NCBI GenBank assembly: GCA_042216675.1 | Contig: JBDGTS010000049.1 | Location: forward strand, 1 to 23,396 | Direction of reading: 5' to 3' | Length of the DNA: 23,396 bases | From: Halobacteriaceae archaeon | Lineage (GTDB): Archaea; Halobacteriota; Halobacteria; Halobacteriales; Halobacteriaceae | In this document: one piece after another, positions 1 through 7,091 of the stretch | Position numbering within the stretch: position 1 is the stretch's first letter | Layout: every line of letters starts with the position of its first letter | The notes under the pieces: generated by a model | What the model was told of the DNA's origin: nothing | Seen by the model: the letters and a program-made list of their open reading frames with translations, nothing else | The model's database searches: none | Translations under genes and position numbers: made by a program

Positions 1-53
1 ACCCGCGCTCTCGTCCTTACCAAGGACGCGCTTTACCGCTAAGCTACCCAGGC
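1..53 (-). tRNA. tRNA-Thr(GGT), 3' end truncated by window edge
   Basis: Reverse complement reads GCCTGGG TA GCTT AGCGGTA AAGC G CGTCC TT GGT AA GGACG AGAGC GCGGG T...: acceptor 5' strand, D arm, perfect 5-bp anticodon stem with GGT (acc at 19-21), start of the T arm. Confidence 0.93.
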
Positions 54-86
54 GCCGTCGCGACTCAACGTTGCCGGCTTCCGAGT

Positions 87-782
87 TTAGTCGTTTCGAT
101 TCACGGAGCCGGCCGACCGGGGGCGCGGCGACTCCTCCCCGGCGCCGGCACCGGCATCCGGGTCCTCGCTGACGCGGCGCATGACGCCCTCCACGTCCTC
201 GGGAAGGACGTCCGCGACGGGGCCAAGCGGCCCGTCGCCGTGTGAATGCGCGAGGCCGACGACGTACTGCCGGAGCGACCGGGGCGTCTCCTCGAGCGTC
301 GCCGACGCGCCCGCGACGGCCGCGAGGTCGAAGACGTTGGCCTCCAGTTCCGCTGGCGTGGCGCCGCGGCCGGCGCGCCGGTCAGTCTCGTCGCGGCCGA
401 ACGCGCGGACTGTCTCGACGGCCTTCTCCGCCGCGGCGGTGCGCGCGAGCAGTCGGAACCCCCGCGCCACCATCACGTCGGCGGCGACGACGTCCACGTC
501 GGCCGGGATGTCCGGCGGCGGGTCGGGCGTCCACGGGTCCTCGCGGACGAGCGTCCGGGTCAGCCGGAGGCCCTCGTAGATCAGTTGGACCCCGGCCGCG
601 CGTCGCTCGACGGCCGCCGCGTCCGCGGTGGCGTCGCCGATGCGGGCGCTCACGAGTGTCAACACGCCGGGAATGACCGAACACTCCGCGAGTCGGTCGT
701 CGATGACCCTGCGGAGTTCCGGCGGCGAGATCTCGTCGACGGCCTCCCTGGCCGCGGCCCGCGCCCGTTCGGCGTCCTCCAT
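87..782 (-). CDS. Conserved haloarchaeal protein (DUF7114-like); degenerate isoprenyl-diphosphate-synthase-like fold
   Basis: 231-aa acidic ORF with ATG about 25 bp after a TATA-like CTTTG. Segments AAGVQLIYEGLRLTRTL and VVAADVMVARGFRLLA resemble prenyl synthase helices. DUF assignment recalled. Confidence 0.7.
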   Translation of the reverse strand: MEDAERARAAAREAVDEISPPELRRVIDDRLAECSVIPGVLTLVSARIGDATADAAAVERRAAGVQLIYEGLRLTRTLVREDPWTPDPPPDIPADVDVVAADVMVARGFRLLARTAAAEKAVETVRAFGRDETDRRAGRGATPAELEANVFDLAAVAGASATLEETPRSLRQYVVGLAHSHGDGPLGPVADVLPEDVEGVMRRVSEDPDAGAGAGEESPRPRSAGSVNRND

Positions 783-836
783 CGGGTCGAGATAGACCCG
801 GGAACGGCAAAGACCTTTGGAAACCCCCCACGCCGG

Positions 837-1643
837 TCAGACGTCCGGTGTGGGCGGCACCGAGCGCTTGTGGGCGCTCCGGTCGTGCAGGTCACGGACC
901 CGTTCGACCGCGCCCACGGGCACGTCGAGTTCGCGCGCCGTCGCCGCGACGGAGAGCGGCCCGTCCACGTGGACCGCGAGGATGGCGTCCAGCGTGTCGT
1001 AGCCGAGGCCGAGTTCCTCCTCGTCGGTCTGCCCCTGCCAGAGGCCCGCGGTCGGCTCCTTCGTCACGACGTCCTCGGGGACGCCGACGTGCCGGGCGAG
1101 TTGGCGGACCTGCTGTTTGTAGAGGTTGCCGATGGGGTGGCAGTCCACCGCGCCGTCGCCGTACTTCGTGAAGTAGCCCACCAGCGCCTCCGAGCGGTTG
1201 CCAGTCCCGAGGACGATGCCGCCCTCGTGGTTCGCGACGAGGTAGTTCAGGACCGCGCGGGTCCGCGCCCGGGCGTTTCCGACGGCCTCTCGGTCCCCCT
1301 CTGTCTCGGGATAGGTGTCGAGCAGTTTGTCCACGAAGGGGTTGATTTCGAGGACGTCGTACTCGACGCCGAGTTCTGTCGCCACTCGCTCGGCGTCGCT
1401 CATGTTCTCGCCGCGGCTCACCGCCCCCGGCATCACGAGGCCGTGAAGCGCGTCTGCGCCCAGGGCCTCGACGGCGAGATGGGCCACGAGACTGCTGTCG
1501 ATGCCGCCCGAGAGCCCCAGCACCGCCCGGTCCGCCCCTGCTTCGCCCGCCGTCTCGCGGATGAAGTCCACGATGGTGTCCCGTCGCGCGTCGAGTTCCG
1601 CCTCGGAGAATCGGAGGTCCAACGGCTTTCCGTCACCGGTCAT
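837..1643 (-). CDS. nadE: NH3-dependent NAD+ synthetase
   Basis: Motifs LGLSGGIDS, GNARARTR, GTGNRSE, GYFTKYGDG, PTAGLWQGQTDEEELG. Start set at ATG 1643 (MTGDGKPL), about 25-30 bp after TTTTTG; the longer ORF would overlap tRNA-Gly. Confidence 0.96.
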   Translation of the reverse strand: MTGDGKPLDLRFSEAELDARRDTIVDFIRETAGEAGADRAVLGLSGGIDSSLVAHLAVEALGADALHGLVMPGAVSRGENMSDAERVATELGVEYDVLEINPFVDKLLDTYPETEGDREAVGNARARTRAVLNYLVANHEGGIVLGTGNRSEALVGYFTKYGDGAVDCHPIGNLYKQQVRQLARHVGVPEDVVTKEPTAGLWQGQTDEEELGLGYDTLDAILAVHVDGPLSVAATARELDVPVGAVERVRDLHDRSAHKRSVPPTPDV

Positions 1644-1762
1644 GGCCACTCGTTCGGCGTCGAGTGGCAAAAACCCGCGGGGAAACGCCGAACGGTGGAC
1701 GCCCGTACAGTCGCCCGGGAACGGCACGTTGAAGTGCGGCGACCCAGTATCTCCGGCCGTCA

Positions 1763-1833
1763 GCGCTGGTGGTCTAGTGGTAGGACATGAGCTTCCCAAG
1801 CTCATAGCCCGGGTTCAATTCCCGGCCAGCGCA
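1763..1833 (+). tRNA. tRNA-Gly(CCC), intronless, CCA not encoded
   Basis: GCGCTGG TG GTCT AGTGGTA GGAC A TGAGC TT CCC AA GCTCA TAGC CCGGG TTCAATT CCCGG CCAGCGC A folds into a full cloverleaf; anticodon at 1795-1797. Confidence 0.97.
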
Positions 1834-1872
1834 GTACCGACGCGAACACCGTGAGCGGCGTGTATGAGCAGA

Positions 1873-2024
1873 CCGGAATTGAAGTCGGCGGCGGTGAGCG
1901 GAAGCGAGCCGACGACGTGGTTCAATTCCCGGCCAGCGCACGCGAGGCGCGACACTCGGAGCGCCTCGATATTGCGAGCGGTGAACGAAGTGAGCCGCGA
2001 GCACACTCCCTGCGGTCGTTTGCT
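1873..2024. repeat. Cluster of imperfect hairpins with a shared loop motif (REP-like haloarchaeal repeats)
   Basis: CCGGAATTGAA (1873-1883) is near-complementary to TTCAATTCCCGG (1921-1932). Inner stem GTCGGCGGC/GCCGACGAC; CGAGGCGC/GCGCCTCG (1943-1968). Loop motifs GTGAGCGGAAGCGAGCCG and GTGAACGAAGTGAGCCG, plus an inverted CTCCCTGCGGTCG. Confidence 0.65.
1919..1940 (+). repeat. 22-bp perfect direct repeat of the tRNA-Gly 3' end (att-like)
   Basis: GGTTCAATTCCCGGCCAGCGCA at 1919-1940 is identical to 1812-1833. Confidence 0.95.
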
Positions 2025-2040
2025 GGCCGACGTCCCGTTC

Positions 2041-3108
2041 TCACTCCCGGTCGAGTTCCTTGTCGATGGGGTCCTCCACGTCGCCCATCACCTCTTCGAG
2101 GGCGTCCGTGACGGTGACCATCCCCACCACCTCGCCGTCCTCGATGACCAGCGCGAGTTCCTGTTCCTCGGCCTGAAACTGGTCGATGGCGTCGCTCACG
2201 GCCGTCTCGGGCGAGAGCGTCATCGGCGGCGAGGCCACGTCCTCGATGTCGCGTTCCCCCGACGCGATGGCGTCCCGATGCATCGTCAGAACCGGGACGT
2301 AGACGATGCCCCGGAAATCCGTGAGGTCGTCGCCGACGAGGGGGTAGCGGGTGTGGGGGTGTTCGCGCATCCGTTCGAAGTTCTCCTCGGGGTCGTCCGT
2401 CGTCGAGAGCGCCACGACGTCCTCGCGTCGCACCATGACCTCTTGGACGGCGGTTTCGCCGACTGCGAGGGCACTCAGAATCTCCTCGCGGCGCTCCTCG
2501 GGCAGGTCGCCCGCTTCGAGGAGCGAACTCAGCCGCGTCCGCAGTTCCGCGCGGGACTCGATGGACTCCATCTCCGTCTCCAGCCACGCCCCGCTCATCT
2601 CGACGCCAAACAGGCGAAGCGTCGCCTTCGCCACGCCGTCGCCGAGGCGGATGAGCGGCGAGATGAGGCGGTTGAACCAGTACAGCGGCGGCGCGCCGTA
2701 GCGACACACCGTCTTCGTTCGCTCGACGCCGAGATAGGTGGGCGTCTGCTCGCCGTGCGTGAGGTGGACGAGGTTGATGACGAGGAAGGCGACCGCGCTT
2801 CCGGCACCGACCGCGGCCAGCGACGTGTTCGCGAACGTCGGTTCGAGGAGGGCCGCCAGCGCGGGTTCGGCGACGATACCGACGGCGATGCTGGAGGCGG
2901 TGATGCCGACCTGACAGCTCGTCAGATAGATTTCGAGGTCGTCGGTCATCTCCCACGCCCGTCGGAGCCCCGGCTCGTCGAACTCCGCTTCGGGGTACTG
3001 CCGGGCCCGCGTCAGGGCGAATTCGATGGCGACGAAGAAGCCGTTCGCGAGAATCAATCCGAGACCGATCACGAGCCGGACCGTCACGGCGGCGAGCGAC
3101 ATCGACAT
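2041..3108 (-). CDS. CNNM/DUF21 transmembrane + CBS-pair protein (hemolysin/CorC-like, putative Mg2+/Co2+ transport)
   Basis: LILANGFFVAIEFAL, CQVGITASSIAVG and GEQTP (DUF21), followed by CBS motifs VQEVMVRREDV, HTRYPLV, GMVTVTDALEEVMGDVEDP; no C-terminal CorC_HlyC domain. Start 3108 or 3102. Confidence 0.9.
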   Translation of the reverse strand: MSMSLAAVTVRLVIGLGLILANGFFVAIEFALTRARQYPEAEFDEPGLRRAWEMTDDLEIYLTSCQVGITASSIAVGIVAEPALAALLEPTFANTSLAAVGAGSAVAFLVINLVHLTHGEQTPTYLGVERTKTVCRYGAPPLYWFNRLISPLIRLGDGVAKATLRLFGVEMSGAWLETEMESIESRAELRTRLSSLLEAGDLPEERREEILSALAVGETAVQEVMVRREDVVALSTTDDPEENFERMREHPHTRYPLVGDDLTDFRGIVYVPVLTMHRDAIASGERDIEDVASPPMTLSPETAVSDAIDQFQAEEQELALVIEDGEVVGMVTVTDALEEVMGDVEDPIDKELDRE

Positions 3109-3154
3109 CGCTTCCGGGGTAATTGGACGACTGCCCCTAAATCACCTGTCGCTC

Positions 3155-3784
3155 TCAGGCCCCTTCGACGAGGCGCTCCAACTGTGCCGGAGGGACTGCG
3201 CCCCGTGCGGCGTAGCCGTCGTAGGCGAACGTCGGCACGCCGGTGATGCCTTCACGCTGGGCGTCGTCGAAGTGGTCGAACACCGCGGCGCGCCAGTCCT
3301 CGTCGGCGACTGCGTCTGTCACGTCCGCGGCGTCGAGGCCCACGTCCGCGGCCACGTCGGCAATCACGTCCGCGTCGCCGACGTCGCGGCCGTCCTCCCA
3401 GAGCGCCTCGTACAGGGCGTCGTCGAAGTCAGCCCACGCGTCGGGATGGGTTTCTCGTACGTACAGCGACGCGATTTGGGCGTTCAAGGAGTCCACCTCC
3501 GGCGTCTCGTCGAGGCCGAGCATCTCCTCGGCGCCGTACTCCTCTTTGAGGCGGGCGATGTTCTCGCGCACCTCGTCGAAGTAGTCCTCGTCCTTGCCGT
3601 CGTCGACGCTGTGGTCGATGTCGCCGTTCGCGTCTCGCTTCTGCGCCCGGAGGTCGAAGGGACGCCACTCGCGGTCGAGCGGGTCGTCTCGACTCTCCTG
3701 ATACGTTTCGAGCGACTGCTTGCCGAGGTAGCAAAACGGGCAGACGTAGTCGGCGAAGACGACGATGGGTTCGGATTCGCTCAT
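3155..3784 (-). CDS. DsbA/FrnE-family oxidoreductase
   Basis: FADYVCPFCYLG, WRPFDLR, GITGVPTF, GAVP; no signal peptide. Confidence 0.9.
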   Translation of the reverse strand: MSESEPIVVFADYVCPFCYLGKQSLETYQESRDDPLDREWRPFDLRAQKRDANGDIDHSVDDGKDEDYFDEVRENIARLKEEYGAEEMLGLDETPEVDSLNAQIASLYVRETHPDAWADFDDALYEALWEDGRDVGDADVIADVAADVGLDAADVTDAVADEDWRAAVFDHFDDAQREGITGVPTFAYDGYAARGAVPPAQLERLVEGA

Positions 3785-3841
3785 GCGTCCGCTACCCGAC
3801 GCGAGCGGAAAAGTCCACCAGAAGCGGCGAGTTCGGCTGTG

Positions 3842-4273
3842 TCACTCGCCGCGCGCGTCGGCGCGGAGCGCTTCGCCCTCGTCCGTCTCCACCGTCAGGT
3901 CGGGCACCGGCGTCGGCTTGCCGTCCTCGCCGACGGCGACGAAGACGAAGTCCGACTCCGTGGTTCGCTCGCGCTCCCCGGTGCGGGGGTTCTCCCGGTC
4001 CGCGCGGAGGTGGACGCTCATGCTCGTCCGCCCGGTGTCGTAGACGTACGCCTCGACGACGAGAATCTGGCCGACGGGGACGGGGTGATGGAAGTCGAGG
4101 CCGTCGACGCTCGCCGTGACACAGGGCTTCCCGGCGAAGCGGATGGCGGCCATCGCGCCGCCCTCGTCCATCCAGCGCATCACCTGCCCGCCGTGGACGG
4201 TGCCGTGGTTGTTGGCGTGTTGCGGGTAGACGAACTGGCGATTCTCCACGCGAGTACCGAGGAGCGTCGGCAT
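3842..4273 (-). CDS. Acyl-CoA thioesterase (hotdog fold, YciA-like)
   Basis: PQHANNHGTVHGGQVMRWMDE, VTASVDGLDFHHPVPVG, TGRTSMSV, FVFVAVGEDGKPTPVP; start reset to ATG 4273. Confidence 0.92.
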   Translation of the reverse strand: MPTLLGTRVENRQFVYPQHANNHGTVHGGQVMRWMDEGGAMAAIRFAGKPCVTASVDGLDFHHPVPVGQILVVEAYVYDTGRTSMSVHLRADRENPRTGERERTTESDFVFVAVGEDGKPTPVPDLTVETDEGEALRADARGE

Positions 4274-4349
4274 ACGTCCCCCATGGAGCGCTGGGTCTTG
4301 GGCCTTCGCCCCGGAAGGGCTATCCCGCCGGCGCCCGCCGGAGTAGGGC

Positions 4350-5165
4350 ATGCCCGGACGATTCGACGGACAGGTGGCCGTCGTCACCGGCGGCGGCGCG
4401 TGGACGGATCGAGCGCTCGGCATCGGCGAGGCGACGGCGACCCGACTCGCGGAGGCGGGCGCGACAGTCGTCATCACGGATGCCGACGCGGAGATGGCGA
4501 CGCGAACCGCCGCCCTCATCCGCGAGGCGGGTGGCGACGCGACGGCTCTCGCCGCGGACGTGAGCGACCGGGACGAGGTGGCGGCCCTCGCGGACCACGT
4601 CGCGGACGAGTACGGCCGCCTCGACGTGCTGGTGAACAACGCGGCCGTCCGACCCGACCCGGACCCCGGTCCCGTCACGGAGACGAACGGCGACGGCTTC
4701 GGCCGCGTCCTCGACGTGAACCTCCGGGGCGCGGCGAACTGCTGTGAGTTTCTCCTGCCCCTCCTCGCCGAGGGTGACGGCGGCGCCATCGTCAACGTCG
4801 CCTCCGTCCACGCGACGGTGGGGCGACCCGGCTGGTACCAGTACGACTCCGCGAAAGCGGGCCTCCTCGCTCTCACCCGCGACGTGGCCGCCGACCACTA
4901 CGACGACGGCGTTCGCGTCAACGCCGTCGCGCCCGGATGGACGATCACGGACTACCATCTGCGGGACGAGTCCGATCCGGAGGCGGCCGTCGAACGCGAG
5001 ACGACGCCCCACGAGGGCGGCCCCGGCATCATGCGCCGCGCCGCGCACCCCCGCGAACAGGCGGACGCCATCCTGTTTCTCGCCTCCGACGCCGCCTCCT
5101 TCGTCACCGGTACCACTCTCCACGTCGACGGCGGCCACCACGCAGTCGGCGCGGGACCGGACTGA
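4350..5165 (+). CDS. SDR family NAD(P)-dependent oxidoreductase
   Basis: TGGG..GIG, LDVLVNNAA, IVNVAS, YDSAK (YxxxK), RVNAVAPG, VDGG. Confidence 0.93.
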   Translation: MPGRFDGQVAVVTGGGAWTDRALGIGEATATRLAEAGATVVITDADAEMATRTAALIREAGGDATALAADVSDRDEVAALADHVADEYGRLDVLVNNAAVRPDPDPGPVTETNGDGFGRVLDVNLRGAANCCEFLLPLLAEGDGGAIVNVASVHATVGRPGWYQYDSAKAGLLALTRDVAADHYDDGVRVNAVAPGWTITDYHLRDESDPEAAVERETTPHEGGPGIMRRAAHPREQADAILFLASDAASFVTGTTLHVDGGHHAVGAGPD

Positions 5166-5237
5166 GAGCCGCGACGGCAGTTTCGCGACGCGAACCCGAG
5201 GGGCGATTTTTTGTACGGTGCCGAACAACATCGGCCC

Positions 5238-6104
5238 ATGCGCGCTGGCTCAGGTCCAACAGTCCCCTCCGGTAGCGGCGGTCGCGGCGGCCTCTTCGGG
5301 GGCCTCCGAAACCGCCTCGGAACGGGGTTTCGACTCGCCGGGCGGAGCCTCGGCGTCCTCCGTGAACACCCACGACTCGCCGTGTTCCCCGTCGTCGCGG
5401 CCGTCGGCGTCGTCGCCTTCCTCGCCGTCGTTCTCGGCGGCGTCACACTCGCAAACGGCGCCGAGTCGCCGGCCGTCGCGGTGGCGTCACTCGCGGTGCT
5501 CCTCGCCGGGCCGACGTTCGTGACGGTGCTGTGTAACGCCGCCCTCGTCCACGCGACGCGGGACGCCTTCGAGGGGCGCGACCCCGCCATCGGTCGGTCG
5601 TTCCGCGCGGCGCTCTCCCACTGGCCCCAGATTCTCGCGTGGGCACTCGTCAGCGTCGTCGTCGGCGCCCTCCTCCGCTCGCTCGAAGAGTCCAGCGGCC
5701 TCGCCGGCGACGTCGTGGCGGCCGTGCTCAGCATGGGGTGGGCCGCACTCACCTACTTCGTCGTCCCCGTCGTCGTCTTCGAGGACGCCCCCGCGCGGTC
5801 GATGATACAGGAGAGCGGCCGCCTCTTCCGAGACACGTGGGGCGAGACGATGGGCGCCGAGGTGGGCGTCGGCGTCGTCGCGTTCCTCCTCGTCCTCCCC
5901 GGCATCGCCGTCGCTGGCATCGGCTTCTTCCTCGCGTCCACGCCGGACGGGTCGCTCCTGGCCCTCCTCGTCGGTGCCCTCGTGGCGATTCCGGGCCTCC
6001 TCGTCGGCGTGACGCTCGGCGACATCGCAAAAGTGGCGCTCTACCGCTTCGCCCGCGACGACGAGGCCCCCGCCGAGTTCGCGGACCTCGACGTCCTCGA
6101 CTGA
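5238..6104 (+). CDS. Multi-pass membrane protein (DUF6159-like)
   Basis: About 6 hydrophobic segments; SLGVLREHPRLAVFP, YFVVPVVVFE, SGRLFRDTWGE, KVALYRFA. ATG 5238 lies about 26 bp after a T-run TATA-like box. Confidence 0.72.
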   Translation: MRAGSGPTVPSGSGGRGGLFGGLRNRLGTGFRLAGRSLGVLREHPRLAVFPVVAAVGVVAFLAVVLGGVTLANGAESPAVAVASLAVLLAGPTFVTVLCNAALVHATRDAFEGRDPAIGRSFRAALSHWPQILAWALVSVVVGALLRSLEESSGLAGDVVAAVLSMGWAALTYFVVPVVVFEDAPARSMIQESGRLFRDTWGETMGAEVGVGVVAFLLVLPGIAVAGIGFFLASTPDGSLLALLVGALVAIPGLLVGVTLGDIAKVALYRFARDDEAPAEFADLDVLD

Positions 6105-6105
6105 C

Positions 6106-6342
6106 TCAGGCGCCGACGTGGTCGCCCACCCGGTCCACGATGGCGTCCACGTCGTACTCCTCGTCGTCCACGTCGAACACTTGCTCGCCGTCGACGCGCA
6201 CCTGAAACACGCCGCCGTCGCCGACCTGCAGGCGCACGCCGTCGAGTTCGAGGCCGTACGCCTCCAGAATCGCGTGTTCGAGGTCCTGTGCGCGGTCCAG
6301 ATAGCCACACGGGTGGCAGTATTCGATTTCGACGTCTGTCAT
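6106..6342 (-). CDS. Rdx family (SelT/SelW/SelH-like) thioredoxin-fold protein
   Basis: VEIEYCHPCGY and GDGGVFQVRVDGEQVF; start ATG 6342 with CTTATC about 30 bp upstream. Confidence 0.88.
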   Translation of the reverse strand: MTDVEIEYCHPCGYLDRAQDLEHAILEAYGLELDGVRLQVGDGGVFQVRVDGEQVFDVDDEEYDVDAIVDRVGDHVGA

Positions 6343-6379
6343 GGTCCATCTCACGATACGGTCGCGGCGGGGATAAGTC

Positions 6380-7084
6380 TCAGCACCCCGGCAGTTCGGG
6401 CACCGACTCGCGGAGCGCCGTCACGGCGTCGGCGTCGAAGCGGAGGGGGCGGCGCCACCACGGCCCCTTTCCGGAGTCGGCGGAGCGGTCGGTGACGAGG
6501 CGGTTCGCCTCGGTGCCGGCGTCGCTGGAGAGCGGAACTGGCCGGTCGAACAGGCTCGAGCGCTCGGTGCCTGCCAACAGCACGGCCGCGTCGAAGGTCT
6601 CCCGGTGGACGTGGGCGTTGTTCGCGAACGCCGCTCGCTCGTCGGCCGGCAGGTCCGGGTACTCCTCGCCCGACACCGGGTCCCGCGCGAGTTCGAACGC
6701 GCCGACGAGGTAGGCGCCCCAGTCGGGGACGACCCAGTCCGGGTGGCCGTCGCCGCGCGGCGCCAGCGTCGCGTAGAAGAGGGCGTAGTCGCCGGCGGCG
6801 AGGTCCAGCAACGGGCGGGCCTTCACGCCGTGTGGGTCGCCGTAGGTGTAGCGCTCACAGCAGGGGTACTCGGCGAACTCCGGGTCGAGGTGGACCGGGG
6901 AGTCCAAGACCTCGGCCGGCAGGTCGGTCCGCAGGTCGAGGTCGGCGTAAGTCGGCACGTCGCCGTCCGTGGGTTCGGTCTCGGGGATGGGGACGAACTC
7001 GAAGGTGCCGTCGGGGAAAATCGGGCCGCGCACGCCCGGCGCGTTCGTGTTCGCGCCGACGTTGACGGCGACGGCGCGGGGCAC
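6380..7084 (-). CDS. Nmad3-like (nucleotide-modification-associated domain 3) protein
   Basis: GTG start; GPIFPDGTFEFVPIPE, TYADL, HLDPEF, TYGD, GDYALFYATL, NNAH match my recollection of Nmad3. Confidence 0.7.
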   Translation of the reverse strand: MPRAVAVNVGANTNAPGVRGPIFPDGTFEFVPIPETEPTDGDVPTYADLDLRTDLPAEVLDSPVHLDPEFAEYPCCERYTYGDPHGVKARPLLDLAAGDYALFYATLAPRGDGHPDWVVPDWGAYLVGAFELARDPVSGEEYPDLPADERAAFANNAHVHRETFDAAVLLAGTERSSLFDRPVPLSSDAGTEANRLVTDRSADSGKGPWWRRPLRFDADAVTALRESVPELPGC

Positions 7085-7091
7085 GGTCAGG

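Noticed and set aside
1-53. Similar 3'-duplication trailer for tRNA-Thr
   Set aside because: Cannot be assessed because the 3' end and downstream region lie outside the window
246-1790. 514-aa plus-strand ORF and other long antisense ORFs (1864-3246, 3026-4747, 7903-9717, 10442-12127, 13393-15120, 16894-18600, 18964-20169, 21762-23258)
   Set aside because: Shadow frames of real genes, expected at this GC content; Arg/Pro/Val-rich, no motifs, and largely overlapping well-supported CDSs
1644-1805. N-terminal extension of nadE in the ORF track
   Set aside because: Overlaps the tRNA-Gly gene and the promoter region; the internal ATG has a correctly spaced TATA-like box
1812-1940. Possible CRISPR mini-array or second tRNA
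   Set aside because: Only two copies, the repeat is the tRNA 3' end, and there are no cas genes; the second copy lacks D and anticodon arms and a 5' acceptor strand
1774-2006. Short ORFs across tRNA-Gly and its trailer
   Set aside because: They are translations of tRNA and repeat sequence with no coding signal
1834-6342. Intact integrative element/provirus at tRNA-Gly
   Set aside because: No integrase, replication or virion genes, and I found no distal att copy beyond 1940
6106-6342. Selenoprotein (SelW-like)
   Set aside because: The motif is encoded TGC-CAC-CCG-TGT (CxxC) with no in-frame TGA
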